Part shown: in pieces, positions 25,546 through 38,399 of the stretch
Layout: each line of letters starts with the position of its first letter
How positions within the stretch are numbered: position 1 is the first letter of the stretch
From: Glaucostegus cemiculus
Lineage: Eukaryota
Reading direction: 5' to 3'
NCBI GenBank assembly: GCA_976551045.1
Contig: CDPCPM010000091.1
Location: 2,046,001-2,110,000, forward strand
DNA: 64,000 bases
Translations under genes and position numbers: made by a program
Notes under the pieces: generated by a model
What the model was told of the DNA's origin: nothing
Databases searched by the model: none
Seen by the model: the letters and a program-made list of their open reading frames with translations, nothing else

Positions 25546-26610
25546 ATATAAAAACAGACACCTGTGAGGTCTTGCCATCAATCCCAGCATTTTTTTTTAT
25601 TATGGTAGTAAATGCAAAGAGGAGAAAAGGCAAAGCACTAGATCTCACTGCAGCTTCTCTTGGCTGACCTCAGCTACATACAATATACAAGAGCAGCTTT
25701 TGTATTGCAAGGATTCTCTTTGAGTTGCTTTGCATACTGCTTCCCGTCACTAATTGCATCCCCAAACAAAACCCTCTCCATCTTAAAAATTGAGGGGAAG
25801 GTGTGGGGGTAGGCAGCTCAAATGTTCCAGTAAATGTCTTTTTTTTTACAATAAAAGCAAAAGTAATGAAATGGTCCCATTAACCCTCACCCCACCTTCT
25901 CAATGTAGGTGGAATTTAGCACCCGACACCAATCCCTGCCCCTCCAACCCATCACAGGATTTCAAAATAACCCCATCAAGTTTTTGGGGGAAAAAAATCA
26001 AACTTCACACCACGCACACCATTTTTAAACTCATCTAGGAGGTACTACGGGACACTTAACACACCTTTCCTCATATATCTACACTGGGCAAGGAAAGTGA
26101 CAAGACACAAGGACTGGAGAAACAAAACAGTGTGCAGTTTTTCCCTCTTTATTTAGCGCTCCACACTAATCTGGCCTTCGCGTGCAAAGTGTCGGCCAGA
26201 AATCTTTAAGGCCTTAATACCAAAACAAAACCTTTGAATTCCCTTTATATGGTGCAATACAGGCACTAACAAAGGCAATGAGGCTGCAGTTTGACATGTA
26301 AAAAGCCCAACAACGAGGCAGCTAATTACATTCCCTCCCTCTATTCACAGTGGCCACCACACTCCAGCAGCTTCCTTTGTCACACGTGCAATTTCTTAAG
26401 TAAACTGGGAGTTTGGTTGCTGATGATGGACAGTTACTAATCATTTAGCACAATGAGCACTAAGTGCGGCAGAAAGGATGGGCAACTTCATCACAGATTT
26501 CTTTGGGATTGGAGGATGTGAGAAGAAAAAGGAGCGGGGCGAAAGCTCGCCACACAGGCGACGGAAGGTGAACACTTAAAATACCAGACCTTTTCAGCTC
26601 GCTTATTTAC

Positions 26611-26664
26611 CTTGCGACTACTGAGGGGTGGGGGGGGGCAGGGAGGAGCAGCCATTTGAGGGGG
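26611..26664 (-). CDS. tcf7l2: Candidate 54-nt symmetric exon PPQMAAPPCPPPPLSSRK, or the 3' part of a longer first exon starting at ATG 26751
   Basis: ttttctctctgcctttccctccacattccag|CCCCCT...CGCAAG|gtaaat, phase 0-0, no stop codon. Confidence 0.35.
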
Positions 26665-26941
26665 CTGGAATGTGGAGGGAAAGGCAGAGAGAAAACTGTG
26701 GGAAAGAGGGAATGCAAATTCAACTTGCCATATCAGATCAACTTCAACCATTGCGTCTAGTTAAAACAAAACTAAATGCTTCCTTCATTCAACAGTTTTA
26801 AAAAGTTTTGTATTTTTAAAAATTGTACTTATAATGAAACAGACAGCAAAACAATTCATCTAAAAGTTATCATATTTGCTTGTCCAAAATAGCACTTCTC
26901 AAAGCTCAACAGTCAGGCCTCCTTAAATTGTTCTAACTTAC

Positions 26942-27060
26942 CATTTACACCTACTCAAATTACGATGCTTCACACTGCCTGAATTCAAGCATGCTGCCGT
27001 TCCCGTGCTACAGTACAAATCAGCCAGCTCTTCATGATGTGGGCAGATCCACTGGAGGGC
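26942..27060 (-). other. tcf7l2: Candidate alternative first exon ending in ATG|GTAAGT (5' boundary unknown)
   Basis: Plus strand has acttac at 26936-26941 and cat at 26942-26944. The ATG would join directly to SNKVP. Confidence 0.55.
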
Positions 27061-27749
27061 AGCACCCTACCTGAGCCACTTACAGCCAAGATGCTGCTGA
27101 GATAGGGGCACGAAGCGACTGCATCCAACTCCAGCTCTCCAGGAAAAGATGCTCAAGTTCAGGTCTATTCAGTGAATTACCTTGCTTCACGGGAAAGAGA
27201 TAATGAGATGGCAGCGCTCATTTGATCAGAAGCAGCCCCAAACCACCCTTAACAGTTCAGAAAAGAACAAAAGATCAACTGTCGCATGCTTACTTGGCAA
27301 CATTAAAACCAGTTGAAGCCTCTCATAATGTTAAATTGACTGGTATTTTGAAGCCACAGACAAAAAAAAAGATTTTCGCCCCTCACTCCTCCCCCCACGC
27401 TGTATAAAAGCTAACCTACCTTTTATTTTCCCCACATATCCAGCTCTGCTAAACACGCTGATCGGGAAATGGCAAAACTGAGCAATAATTTTCACACACT
27501 GAATCCAAGTTTTAGAAAAAAAATTAACTTAAAGAATATCTGTACACTTAATGCTTACAACTGCCGAATGTGGCAAGCGGCTCCATAAAGCTTCACTGCC
27601 CACTTTTGAAGCCTGCGTTACTAACACACGCAGAATGACACCGCTGAGCGCCTTTAAAGAATACTAGGAAAAAAATGACTATTGATCTTCAAATGGTGAT
27701 AATTGAAAAGATCAAAAGATTAAACAAAATCAAAAATGCGCTGACTTAC

Positions 27750-27900
27750 CATGTTATGCTTTTTTTTTTGTTACAACTTGGTTGAAATTTCAGTCAAACA
27801 AGCTTCATCGGAGGTGTCAAATTTTTTGGCGGACTGTGATCGTATTACTTCCGCAGCCGTGCCTCACAATACTTCAGAACTTTTTACCTAGCTTTGGTTT
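27750..27900 (-). other. tcf7l2: Candidate alternative first exon ending in ATG|GTAAGT (5' boundary unknown)
   Basis: Plus strand has acttac at 27744-27749 and cat at 27750-27752. Context AAC-ATG (A at -3). CpG-enriched, with an ETS motif ACTTCCG at 27847-27853. Confidence 0.6.
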
Positions 27901-30900
27901 ACTTTGAAAGCTGCAGCTCAGCAAACCAGCACAAATTATCTTGCCACCTTCTACAGCTCTGATGCTTTGGCCGCTAACTTTGGAAGGCCCTTTACTACTG
28001 CATCAAAATTAGCATTGTCAAAGCAGTTAATGAATATTAATACTGTATTTGTCATTGGAGCTGGCCTGATGCTGAACTCCGAGCCATCCATCAGGGACAA
28101 GATTAAGAACACAATTATTTCTGACTGACAGGGTCCAAATCTGCTAGATTTTTTTTTGCAATCTAAAAAAAAAGAGACAAAAAAATAACATCTTATGGGT
28201 TCCCCCTGGGGACTAACAGTCAGATTAATACACTTTTAATGAAGTGAAGGCTATTAAGTATGAAGAAAAAGCAAACAAGATGTACAAGTCGAACTTACAA
28301 ATGCAGCAAGGTGGCTGATAAAAATTAAAAGAATCGCATATCTTTTTCGACAGCTGTCTGAAATTTTTCTTCAGAGCTTTCTGGAATGAAGAAAGAATCT
28401 TTCTTCCCAAATCTGCATCATTTGAATAAGGAATGCACTGTTATAATCCACTTGGGATAATTGTCTCTATCTTACATCTTAACAACATCAACTCAAAGAC
28501 AGGATCCTAAATAATTCCTACACAAATATTATAATCAACACTTCCTTAAAAGCAATGGACAATGACAATTATTCTCTCACTCACATCTGCATAAATCATA
28601 TCAAAAATATTTTGCAAAATAAAAAGCACCAAATAGAATCTTGTACACATTGTTACGATATACCATAATATAGTTTGCAAAAAATTACCTTGAACAATTA
28701 AGGGACAAAAAATAGATTTAGATTCACTGCCCAAATCCTAGGAGCAACTTTGACATAGTCAATTTTTGTGGGAATTTCAAAGTCTTGAAATCAACAAAAG
28801 GGTAACTTGGATCAACTAAGTTCTCTTGTACTTGCAGCGAAAGCACACTAATGCTCCCCGTGTTTAAAGACATGGCCTGCCCGTCTTGTAAATCTACAAA
28901 CACACAGTAAATATCATTTGCTATTTACTCATTTTTACTTACTCTCACATCACCAAATTTTGTTCCCTGTATTTTAATTTGCGCATGGTTTACACATTTA
29001 AAAAAAAAGCACTACATAAAATGTCTACCCCGCTAATACAGGATTTGTAATAGGGAAGAAGGGAAAAAGTTCAGATGCAGTATGAAGGAAGTCTGGACTA
29101 TAGTCATTTGAATTGCAAACCTAAAATGTTTAAATTTCTCAGCAACCCTTCAAGCTTAATCCTGATGCGCCAAAAGCGGGCAAGTATAGGACCAGTCTTA
29201 TCCCTGCTCACAGGGCTCATTTTCCATTCTCTGCAATGTTAAACCTTTTAAAGCTATTTTATTTAAAAGGTGATTTAAGGTTGGGGAGGAGCAGGAGGAG
29301 GAGGAGGAGGAAAGTAAAAAAAAACAGAAAACTGACAGATGCAACGGTTAATGCCATCTGACCAGTGAAACGAGGGTGTCTGGGTCAAGCAACTATGGCT
29401 ACCGAACTAATCTACTGCTCTCAGTGACCACCCTACTGGCTGCTCCTAATACCATTAGCAATCGTTAGATGAACATTCTAAATTGGAGTTTTGTCCTCCG
29501 ATGAGCCGGTCTGACCCCGGTGCAATAACCCTGCAGCTCCATATGCAGATGGCAAATCTCCTGAAAACGCTTCTTTCGGCTTTTAAGATTTCCTTCCCGA
29601 GCATGTGTCCTTTTCTTTCAAACTATTCTCTTTACCCTCCCTGGCTCAAAATAAACTCTGCTAACACGAAGATGTGTCCAGTTCTCTGGCCAGTTACTTG
29701 CACCATTCAATTTCAGCCGCAAGTCCTGATACATTTGGAACAATCTGTTGCATTTTACTTGTCTTTAGGCAAATTACTTTTTACACTGCGCTCTTCAGAA
29801 TGGAGGGTGGGGAGGTGGTGGTTGAAGGGAGTATTCGCGACAATGGAGAATGTTTGGGAACACTGCCAGATTTGAGGCTTTCAAACCAAGTGAACTTAGA
29901 GGCTGTAGACTGTAGCAGTGGGTGCAGAAAGCATTTGCCTGACAGAACATTTACGGCAGACAGCTCCCGCTACCTCTACTTACGCAGCACGATCACATCA
30001 GCCCTAGTATCAAATTAACTCACTGACTTTGAAAGTTATTGATCTGCTATTAAGACACTAGTGAACTTGATGAAATCAGTGCTGTAGGTGCAGTGAAGAC
30101 TTCAAAGTCTCACACAGACACATAAAACAAGTTGCTTTGATCCTTTTTACGATCCGCAGAGGGTTTAAAGCCCAGTTCTCGATGCGCTGCTTTTCACACT
30201 CGTCAGGTCTGATTTTTTATACCAACAGACAGCTTGATAATGTTAATAGTGCATATTTTAGCAAACAACTAATTCTAAACTAATATCTTAATCTGTCCAG
30301 ACAAACAGCATCATTTAAACATGTCAAACAAAACCAATTTCACCTTTATTAGTGCCTGCACTGCAGGAATCAGGAATTTTTAATGTTTGCAGTGCACAGA
30401 ATTCTGCTCTTTCTTACATTCGCTATTTTGTCATCAAGGTGAGAACTAACTTGTGCACACACACTTAAATTCTTATGCTAAGGATTGTTCATTAACATTT
30501 ATAGAATAGTACCACAAAAGATCACAAATAAATAAATCGTAGCTTATTTTATGGATTTATTGAACAAATTAAGTGCAGAATCTTTAATTATTATTCAAAG
30601 TTTTTTTAATTTTGAAAAAAGGACAGTAGATTCTGAAAGTAACAAAAAGGCTATTAGAAATAAAAAATCTGTAAATCACCAGTTAGCACTGGTGTCAGAA
30701 CAGCAACTATGCAATGAAAAACACAAGTAGGATACGAAAAATAAACAAGACTGAAATAGGAAACTGCTTCATTAGACTAGGGAATTATTTTTGTGATAAT
30801 AAAACAATTGAAATACAAAAGTCTACATGATTAAATGACTCATAAATTAGTCCCTAGATCACCCATTAGGAACAACAATTATTTCTTGTACACAGAACGC

Positions 30901-32149
30901 ACCGCATGCCAACTTGAAAAATTAAGATGTTGGTAAATAACACTGAAATGGTAATTTAAAAATGTTGCATGTTTGCAAAAAGACAAATTAATTTTTTTTT
31001 TAGAAAATCTGTTACACTCTACAAATTATTAATTTTAACCAAGGAAATTGTTTAACATTAGGAGGGGATACAAATATGAGCGCTTTTGAAAGCTACATTT
31101 TAAAATGTATTCAGCAAAAGTGGCAATTATGTACAGAGCACATCAACTGATAATGAGAAATTGTACGTTACTATAAACAAATAAAAATCAACTGCAAGTG
31201 CCCACCATCATTTTGCCATCAAATTCTAGAAACGGCTCATGCAAATTCACTGCAAAAGAAAGAGTTCTCTCCTTTAGACAGTTCTCACCAAAACACTGTT
31301 CACTAATGAAATCATCTACAATACAATTCAGGAACAAATTAACTTTTTGTACTAGCTGCTGGGGTCCCACTTACAATTCTAATGAAGTCAACACTCCAAT
31401 AAGATGTGTTCAGAAAGTTTCCTGGGCCACCAGCTCAGAGATCCTTTTCACCAATTAGTGCAAAGAAAAAGAAGGGGAAAAAACAGAGTGCCCTACTCAA
31501 AGAGCTAGGCCTTACGGCAATTCTGTCATGTCGACTGAATTGATCAACGGGACTGGTATTTCTAATGGCATCTTGTCAGGAAAAGTCAGCCATAGGGAGC
31601 CACCTTTGCAGACAGCTACAGAACTGGATACCGATCTCAGGCAGCATCTTTTACTAACAATTTGGGAGAACAATCCGATTTCTGCTGCAGTACAACTTGT
31701 CATTCTGCAATCATCACCTGGCTTCCTTTTTTCCCAAGGATGGTTTTATGCTGAAAGAAGCTTTTCTATTGACAGGCGAATTTATTAGAAAATCAGGACG
31801 ATACTAAACAGTGAAAATTATCCATTTCAACCAAAACCAATTAACCGTGCATATGATTATACTCATGAATTCCTTTGCTATAACATTAAATAGAATGTAG
31901 ACTTTACAACACAGGATATCACAGATGCTGTGTAGAGGCCTTTTTTTGGCCATATAGAGTAATATTCCAGGTTGCATGATACAACATCAGCAATCTCAGG
32001 GATCAGCTCCTGAGACCACAAGGAGCCAGTTCATGAGCTAATATAGCACCATGTTACCAAAAAGCATTTTAAGAATATGAATGGCCAGATTTATACCAAC
32101 CATGATACATTTTCATGGAAAAATTGCTAGATACATATATTAGGTCCAG

Positions 32150-33400
32150 TTTGTTATGCGAGTCAAAAACACTTGGATTGTAAATCACGTATCGCAACCT
32201 TTCTTGCTCTCATCAGTCAATGAGATTCTCAGGACTTTTTCTGCAGCCTGCGGCGGTGGCTTTGCCCAGGGACATGTACCAAGAGAAAAATTTTCATCGT
32301 GTTAGCATTTCAAATGGCAGAAAGTGAAAGGAAGCTCTAAGTGATCATAGCCTGCGGAATTAATTGGCTAGCTTCTGAATAATGTCGGTCTTCGAATATC
32401 CTTGAGAGACGAGCACTAGCCGAGGCCCCATTTTGAGCAGCGGCTTCAAATAAAAAGCGCTAAGGGGTATAAGGCTTCAGCGCATTTCCCTGAAGACCAA
32501 GAAAACAGAACCAGCAACCTCGCCCAACTAATCCATTTGGTAATTAAATGCACAATTCCATTAAGCGTTCTTCCATCGAATTTCAAAATTGTAAGAACAA
32601 AAGATTACAACGGTTCTAAATGTATGTGCAGGATACCACGTATTAATGCAATGAGCGCAGCTGGAAGACTTATGTTTTAAGTGAGGAAAATTTAAAATAT
32701 TCTCGGCTTTTTGCCAGTGTTAAAACAAAGGAGTCAAGTAGGCGCCATGTTGCTACTTGTTCCATTCTGCGGGATTAAAGTTTGAGGTTTTTTTTCCATT
32801 CATCAAAGGATATGCAATGACCCTGCTTGATATCACTATACCTCTCTTTAAGAGGCATCTTAATCTAACCTTTTTAAGACTCTTTGCTTTCAAACTCAAA
32901 ACACCATTAAAAATAGGCATTGTTGGTCAGCCCTGGGAGACTGAGCGCCTGGCTTTCGCTGACCAAGGCAGTAGACCTCTGGATAGGCAGCTGCTTACGC
33001 AACTAAATCANNNNNNNNNNNNNNNNNNNNNNNNNNNNNNNNNNNNNNNNNNNNNNNNNNNNNNNNNNNNNNNNNNNNNNNNNNNNNNNNNNNNNNNNNN
33101 NNNNNNNNNNNNNNNNNNNNNNNNNNNNNNNNNNNNNNNNNNNNNNNNNNNNNNNNNNNNNNNNNNNNNNNNNNNNNNNNNNNNNNNNNAATCTTCGCAA
33201 ATGTTCCATCTTTCGTTATCGACTGCAGCCTAGCACGAGGTGTCAATTTTCAGCTCTAAAGAGAGGACACAAATTCGCAGCGGTCCCATTATGCGGTCTC
33301 TTCGCTCATTGTATATTCCGTCAACGAAGTCAATCTTATTAACTTCCGCTCTGGTTCACACATGACATTTTCTTCAATTTTCTTGCCAACATCAAAAACA
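32150..33400. promoter_or_regulatory. Second CpG-enriched promoter/enhancer-like block spanning an assembly gap
   Basis: Many CG dinucleotides, a TAAT/ATTA cluster at 32355-32570, ATCAAAGG at 32802-32809, ACTTCCG at 33342-33348 and a sense-strand donor C|GTAAGC at 32993-32999. Confidence 0.4.
33011..33189. other. Assembly gap (179 N)
   Basis: Run of N characters. Confidence 1.
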
Positions 33401-36400
33401 TCAATTAGCAGCTAGAAAATAGGAAGGAACAAATGACAGGGCCCGATAACGTCAACTATTTGAAACAGAGGGTAAATCTATTCTGCAGTACTGAATGCAT
33501 TCATTACCAATTCATTTTCAAAGGAGACTTCCAAATAGCAAAGAAAATTAAATTTATCATCCAGAAATGTCCAGAAATTGTTTGTTTTTTTAATCCTATA
33601 TCTACTGTGCCATTTTCAAATACAACATGAAGCAGCATGCCTAGTTTCAGCATCAGCAATGTAACTTGGAGAGAAGTTGAATTAGTTGGGTTCAGCAGTA
33701 TTCAGAATGCATTAGCTTGTACGTAGAAACATGAAATAAATGCCACCACCCTGATTTATGGCAATATTTCTGCACTTTATTGGCCTAACTTTTCTAAATT
33801 TAAGTTACAAGATCACTTCATCCATCAAAATAAGACAGAAATTATAAACTTTTATGCTTTGTTCAGGAGACTTTCACTGGATAACCGACTTTATCTAAAA
33901 AGAGTAATGTGGGAAACCTTATTTTGCTATACTTAAGTAAAAAGCAATTTCTGCTGATATGCCTGCTTTATGAGAAGGCTTTCATGGTTGCATTACATCT
34001 CCTCGGGAGTGAATAAAAGCGAATTTAGTGGCTGCTGAAGACTACTGCTCGGAATTAATGTGAACAGAAAAGAGCAGCTACACCAAATAAACAGATCACT
34101 TTCCTCTGGCCATTGATTTCTTGATCTTTTGACATTATTTACGAGCTTCCTATTCTCTTTCCTGTCTTTTTTCCAATGTCACAAAGGAAAAATGTCTAAA
34201 CAGCTGATGGCAGGATTATCAATTAGCTGTCAAGATTCTGCTTTCCAGCACTGAACAATACCTGCCATAATGCCGAAGATCGGTAATACTGCGAGACAAT
34301 TCTAATACAGTGCTCTCCACGCTGACTGGGAGAGCAGAGTGGCAAGCCTTGAATGAAATTTGTACCTCGATCATTGCTACAAATATATTGATTTATCTGG
34401 CGTAACCAAATACATATTGTGAATTATAATTAAGAATTTATATTTAATATCAGATAACGTCGACTTGCAAATACACATTTTTCGGTTCAAAATATAGGAT
34501 GGTAGCAGATAGGGTGCTCTATTCCAACCGCAAAAGCTCTTGTAAACACATTCCATTGGCATTGTATTAATTTCTTTTAGTGCATGCTAGAACCTAGCCT
34601 TGGTGTTCCTTGCTATTCTGTTTGCCTTGGAGGTGGGGGCATATTACAGTAACAGGAGGATGGCTGCACTCATTCCAACTGTGGTAGACATTTCCACATG
34701 AAACATAGCTCTGCTTTTAAAGACTAGCAAGCTGTGTAAATGAGTGTCAGGCAAAGACAATTTATTCAGCATTTTAAAGATATCCAAGACACTTCCTCTA
34801 CCATGTTAGTGCTGATTTAATAAATTATTCTAAAAGACCAAATAATTTCCAAAGTTATTCAATGCTACATATAGTTAAAATTTCAGTTGTAGGGGTGCCT
34901 ATAATTACAAGAGATAATAAAGCAAGTAAGTCATTACACTAGTTAGTGCTAACAAAAATAATGTAGGATGAACCACATCTGAAGTGATGTATATTAAATT
35001 ACACCTTAAAAGGTACTTAAAAATAGTTTCAATTTATTTAAAAATTTTGTGCATTCAGTTTACCAAAACTTTCATTAGAATTCAACTATTATTAACTGAC
35101 AGAACAAGCATCTCCAAGATGCAAACAACAACCTGTTCAAAGTGGCTCAAGTGAATGATATTTGTAGGTTCTGTCATATTTAAAACCAATAACATTGCTG
35201 GATAATTTATTCTATGTTTTATTACTGTCTGAATGTTCCATGGTACCTTAAAAAATAGCATGCTCCAGATAGAGTGGCTAAAGGAGTTACAAGTACTTTA
35301 AACATTGCCTTAGAATATCCTGAACAATAATCAGTCTGAATACATTTAGGGCAGGAAAAAAGAAAAAAATCTTCAAAGATTCTCCAATACTTTAACATCC
35401 AGCTATCTTTTGCTAAAAAAAAATTCCAATCTGCAGAACCTTGCAGCTTTCCCACTGTGGCACAGAATTCTAAAATATCATAGCAAAGCTCTATAACACT
35501 AAATAACAATATTAGAGTTCCTATTTTAAATTGATTTTTTTTTTGTTAAACATTTGAAGATTTCTAAACCTTATTTGGGCAAAGTTAAATTCCAATATTC
35601 CACACAAGAGTTATTACTAATTTTCTGACAATTTACACCACTATTTGGAGTAATATGACCAAATATTTTTTTATTGTTGTGTAAATACCAATTTGTTCAT
35701 TGACCATAAGCAGCAAACAGTAACCACAAGCTGCTGATTACCGGTATTTGCGGTTGTGGTTCTGCACGATGCTCTGTCCTTGAAGCTGATGCCGCACACG
35801 AATCCATTAAGCGAGAGTGTTGGTGCTCTTGATCTATTATTTACAAAGAAAACCCTCCCCTTGCTTAAGTGGCCCCTACACTTCAGCCTTCATTACAAGA
35901 TTTTTATACTTGTAAAAAACCCAAACACAGTTTAATCAGACTGATAGCACCTACACCCTGTCCAATCTTGCTGCATGAGATTTTAGAAAACCAGCATTCC
36001 TAGCAATATCACTATCACTGAGCAATGTTATATTTTTAACATCCAAAATTAAACTAAATCGATCAGCTGAGACCATATGCCACTTGGCCCTTTTGATACA
36101 AAATTTAACAGTTTTCCACCTACTGTACATTAAATCATACATTTCGTTGGTTACTGTAGTTTATAAGGCTGCCTCTCAGGTTATGAAACAATGTATAATT
36201 AAAAAATATTCTATGCAGTGATTTTAACATTTATATAGTGTGAAGATACATTAAGGAAATTACTAAAGGATTCAGTGAATTTTTTGAGATCAACATATGA
36301 GAAACATTATTTTTCACACCACTGTTTAACTTATTTATGCAATATTTTATGCTTCACTTAAGTATTTACATTTCAAACCTACAAGGCAATTTAAATGCAC

Positions 36401-37079
36401 AATGAGTTATTCTTGTTTTTAATCACATCTCCTCCCCCAGTAAATAAGTATATCGTAAAGTACAAGACAATAAGCTACAGAACCATAGATTAATCACTTG
36501 TCCTTAATCAATCCACTTTTTAAAAAAAACATTTTTATTGAGCTGTTATATTATTTGTGAACAGAGCAAAATACAGTTACTTACTGATTAATTTATACCA
36601 CTATAATATTATAGTTTGCACACTTCTGAAATCCCTAAAGTACATGAGGAGTTCAGGCTGCTTGTCTTAATCATTTTGGCATTTAAAAAGCAATTATTAA
36701 TTCAATTTGTCTTTATTACAGCTACCAGCGGCTGATGGATAACCATCACTAGATATGCTAGAGCACTGCATGACCGGGAATTGTAGAACAATGCAATATT
36801 ATAAATAGAGCTGTTAAACAACTGATAATATTGTACACCTGAGACTCCCTTTCAGGTGCACACCATCACCTTGGGCACAGTTGGTCTAAGCATCAATAAA
36901 AATACTACAACACTACCCATTCAGGCCAATGCCCATTTTGGAATGCAAAAAGCAAATCACAGACTGTACAAAATATACTCAACGAAGAGTGACAATCCAC
37001 ATATCTAAACAAACAATTCAGTTTACAAACCCACTTATAAAGCAATACGAAAAAAATCTTTTCTATTTGATTGCTTTTA

Positions 37080-37740
37080 AGAGATTTGGCATGGACCCAA
37101 CTGGTCAAATGGCCTCCCTCCTGTGGTATTATGATTCTGTGATTCCAGCCATGACAGTATCAATTTTGGTAGCCCAATAATCACCTCTAGCTTCAATATG
37201 ACACTCTGACCAACGTAACTGAATCAGTAAGGTTAAAAGCAACCAAGCTTCCAAAAATCTGTAACACTGTAGCAAAACTCATATTTAATAGCCTATGGCT
37301 ACTGTGAATTTCCATTTCTATTAAATTTATACAGTAGCAAGACATTCTTTTGCCTTTGTGGCTGAACCTCTTCAAGCCATCTATATTTTGCCCAAGTATC
37401 AGTCAACATTTGAAAGCATTTATGGATCCTGTTTCCACCATTGTTACTGGTAGGTCATTGGAGGACCCAAAAGGCCTCTGCATCTCTGAAAAAAATCTAG
37501 TTTTCTTCTTCTTTTTAATGATTTGAAATACTTCTAGTTACGATTTAATAAATTAAGATAATTTTCAGAACTTTGCATTTTAAACAACACCCCCACCCCC
37601 AATTCCAACTTAATGTTCTTTATTCAAGGTGAATAGTGCCTCCATATTTTTATTATAGAGTGAAAATTTTAGAGCTGTTCACCCTGTTATCATCCTTCAA
37701 ATGTCTTCTGCACCCACTCTGTTTCTGACAACTACACCAA
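37080..37740. mobile_element. Decayed CR1 fragments (plus-strand tail at 37085-37145; minus-strand fragment at about 37330-37740)
   Basis: ggtcaaatggcctccctcctgtgg...atgattctgtgattc; ctgtttccaccattgttactggtaggtcatt. Confidence 0.45.
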
Positions 37741-38399
37741 ACAAATATGGATGAAAGCAGATGTAGGACGCCTTCAGTTTTTCTCATATTAAAGGTCCAC
37801 AATTAAGAACAAGCACTCCAAAATCAGTAACACGCTAAGCTTCCTTCTAATTCTATCCCCAACAAATTAATATCACCCAGATTGAGGCCTACAATCAATC
37901 AGCATAACTGAATTCAAACTTAGAACTAAAGACAATGCTGTAACTACTATCTGAATGCTATATTGACATAGGCCTTTCTGGATGCACAAACCATAACTGA
38001 ATCCTGCCAAGCAACTTGACCATCTGTGAACCCATACTGGACATTCCTGAAAATGAGCGACTTCAGTCAGCCACCAGAAAGCAGTTAGAAGTGGGAATCC
38101 TGGGCAAATCTTGTCCATTGTGATTGAGCAATGTGGGGAATCAAACTGGCTATTTTAACCAAAGCCCAGAATCATAGTTGGGAAAACTTGCAATTTAATG
38201 CGTTGTCATATCATGGTACATACGCATACTGATCCATTCAGAAGCACTACTTGTAGTTTAATGTTCATGGTGATTATATTTTGTCATCATATAAAACTTA
38301 TTCTTCAGGGTAAAGTATAAAAATTGCCAAATTATAATGTTTAGTATGATATGGTGAAAGTGCATCAGATACCCAGTATGGCAGGTAACAGCTACGTTA

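Larger units (their letters stand above)
24600..28200 (-). promoter_or_regulatory. Internal promoter region for N-terminally truncated tcf7l2 transcripts
   Basis: Locally raised CpG content, a GC-box-like stretch near 26533, YY1-like CAAATGGCTGC (26648-26658), an ETS motif, clustered sense-strand donors and no recognisable transposons. Confidence 0.55.

Noticed and set aside
25562-25648. Phase-0 donor CAG|GTGTCT ending a 29-codon open frame
   Set aside because: Weak donor, non-ATG start, and it runs into a microsatellite.
29483-30018. Plus-strand ORFs of 130 and 114 aa as an antisense gene
   Set aside because: No homology, codon or splice support.
32757-33246. Longest ORF (158 aa) and two neighbours
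   Set aside because: Artefacts of reading through the N gap.
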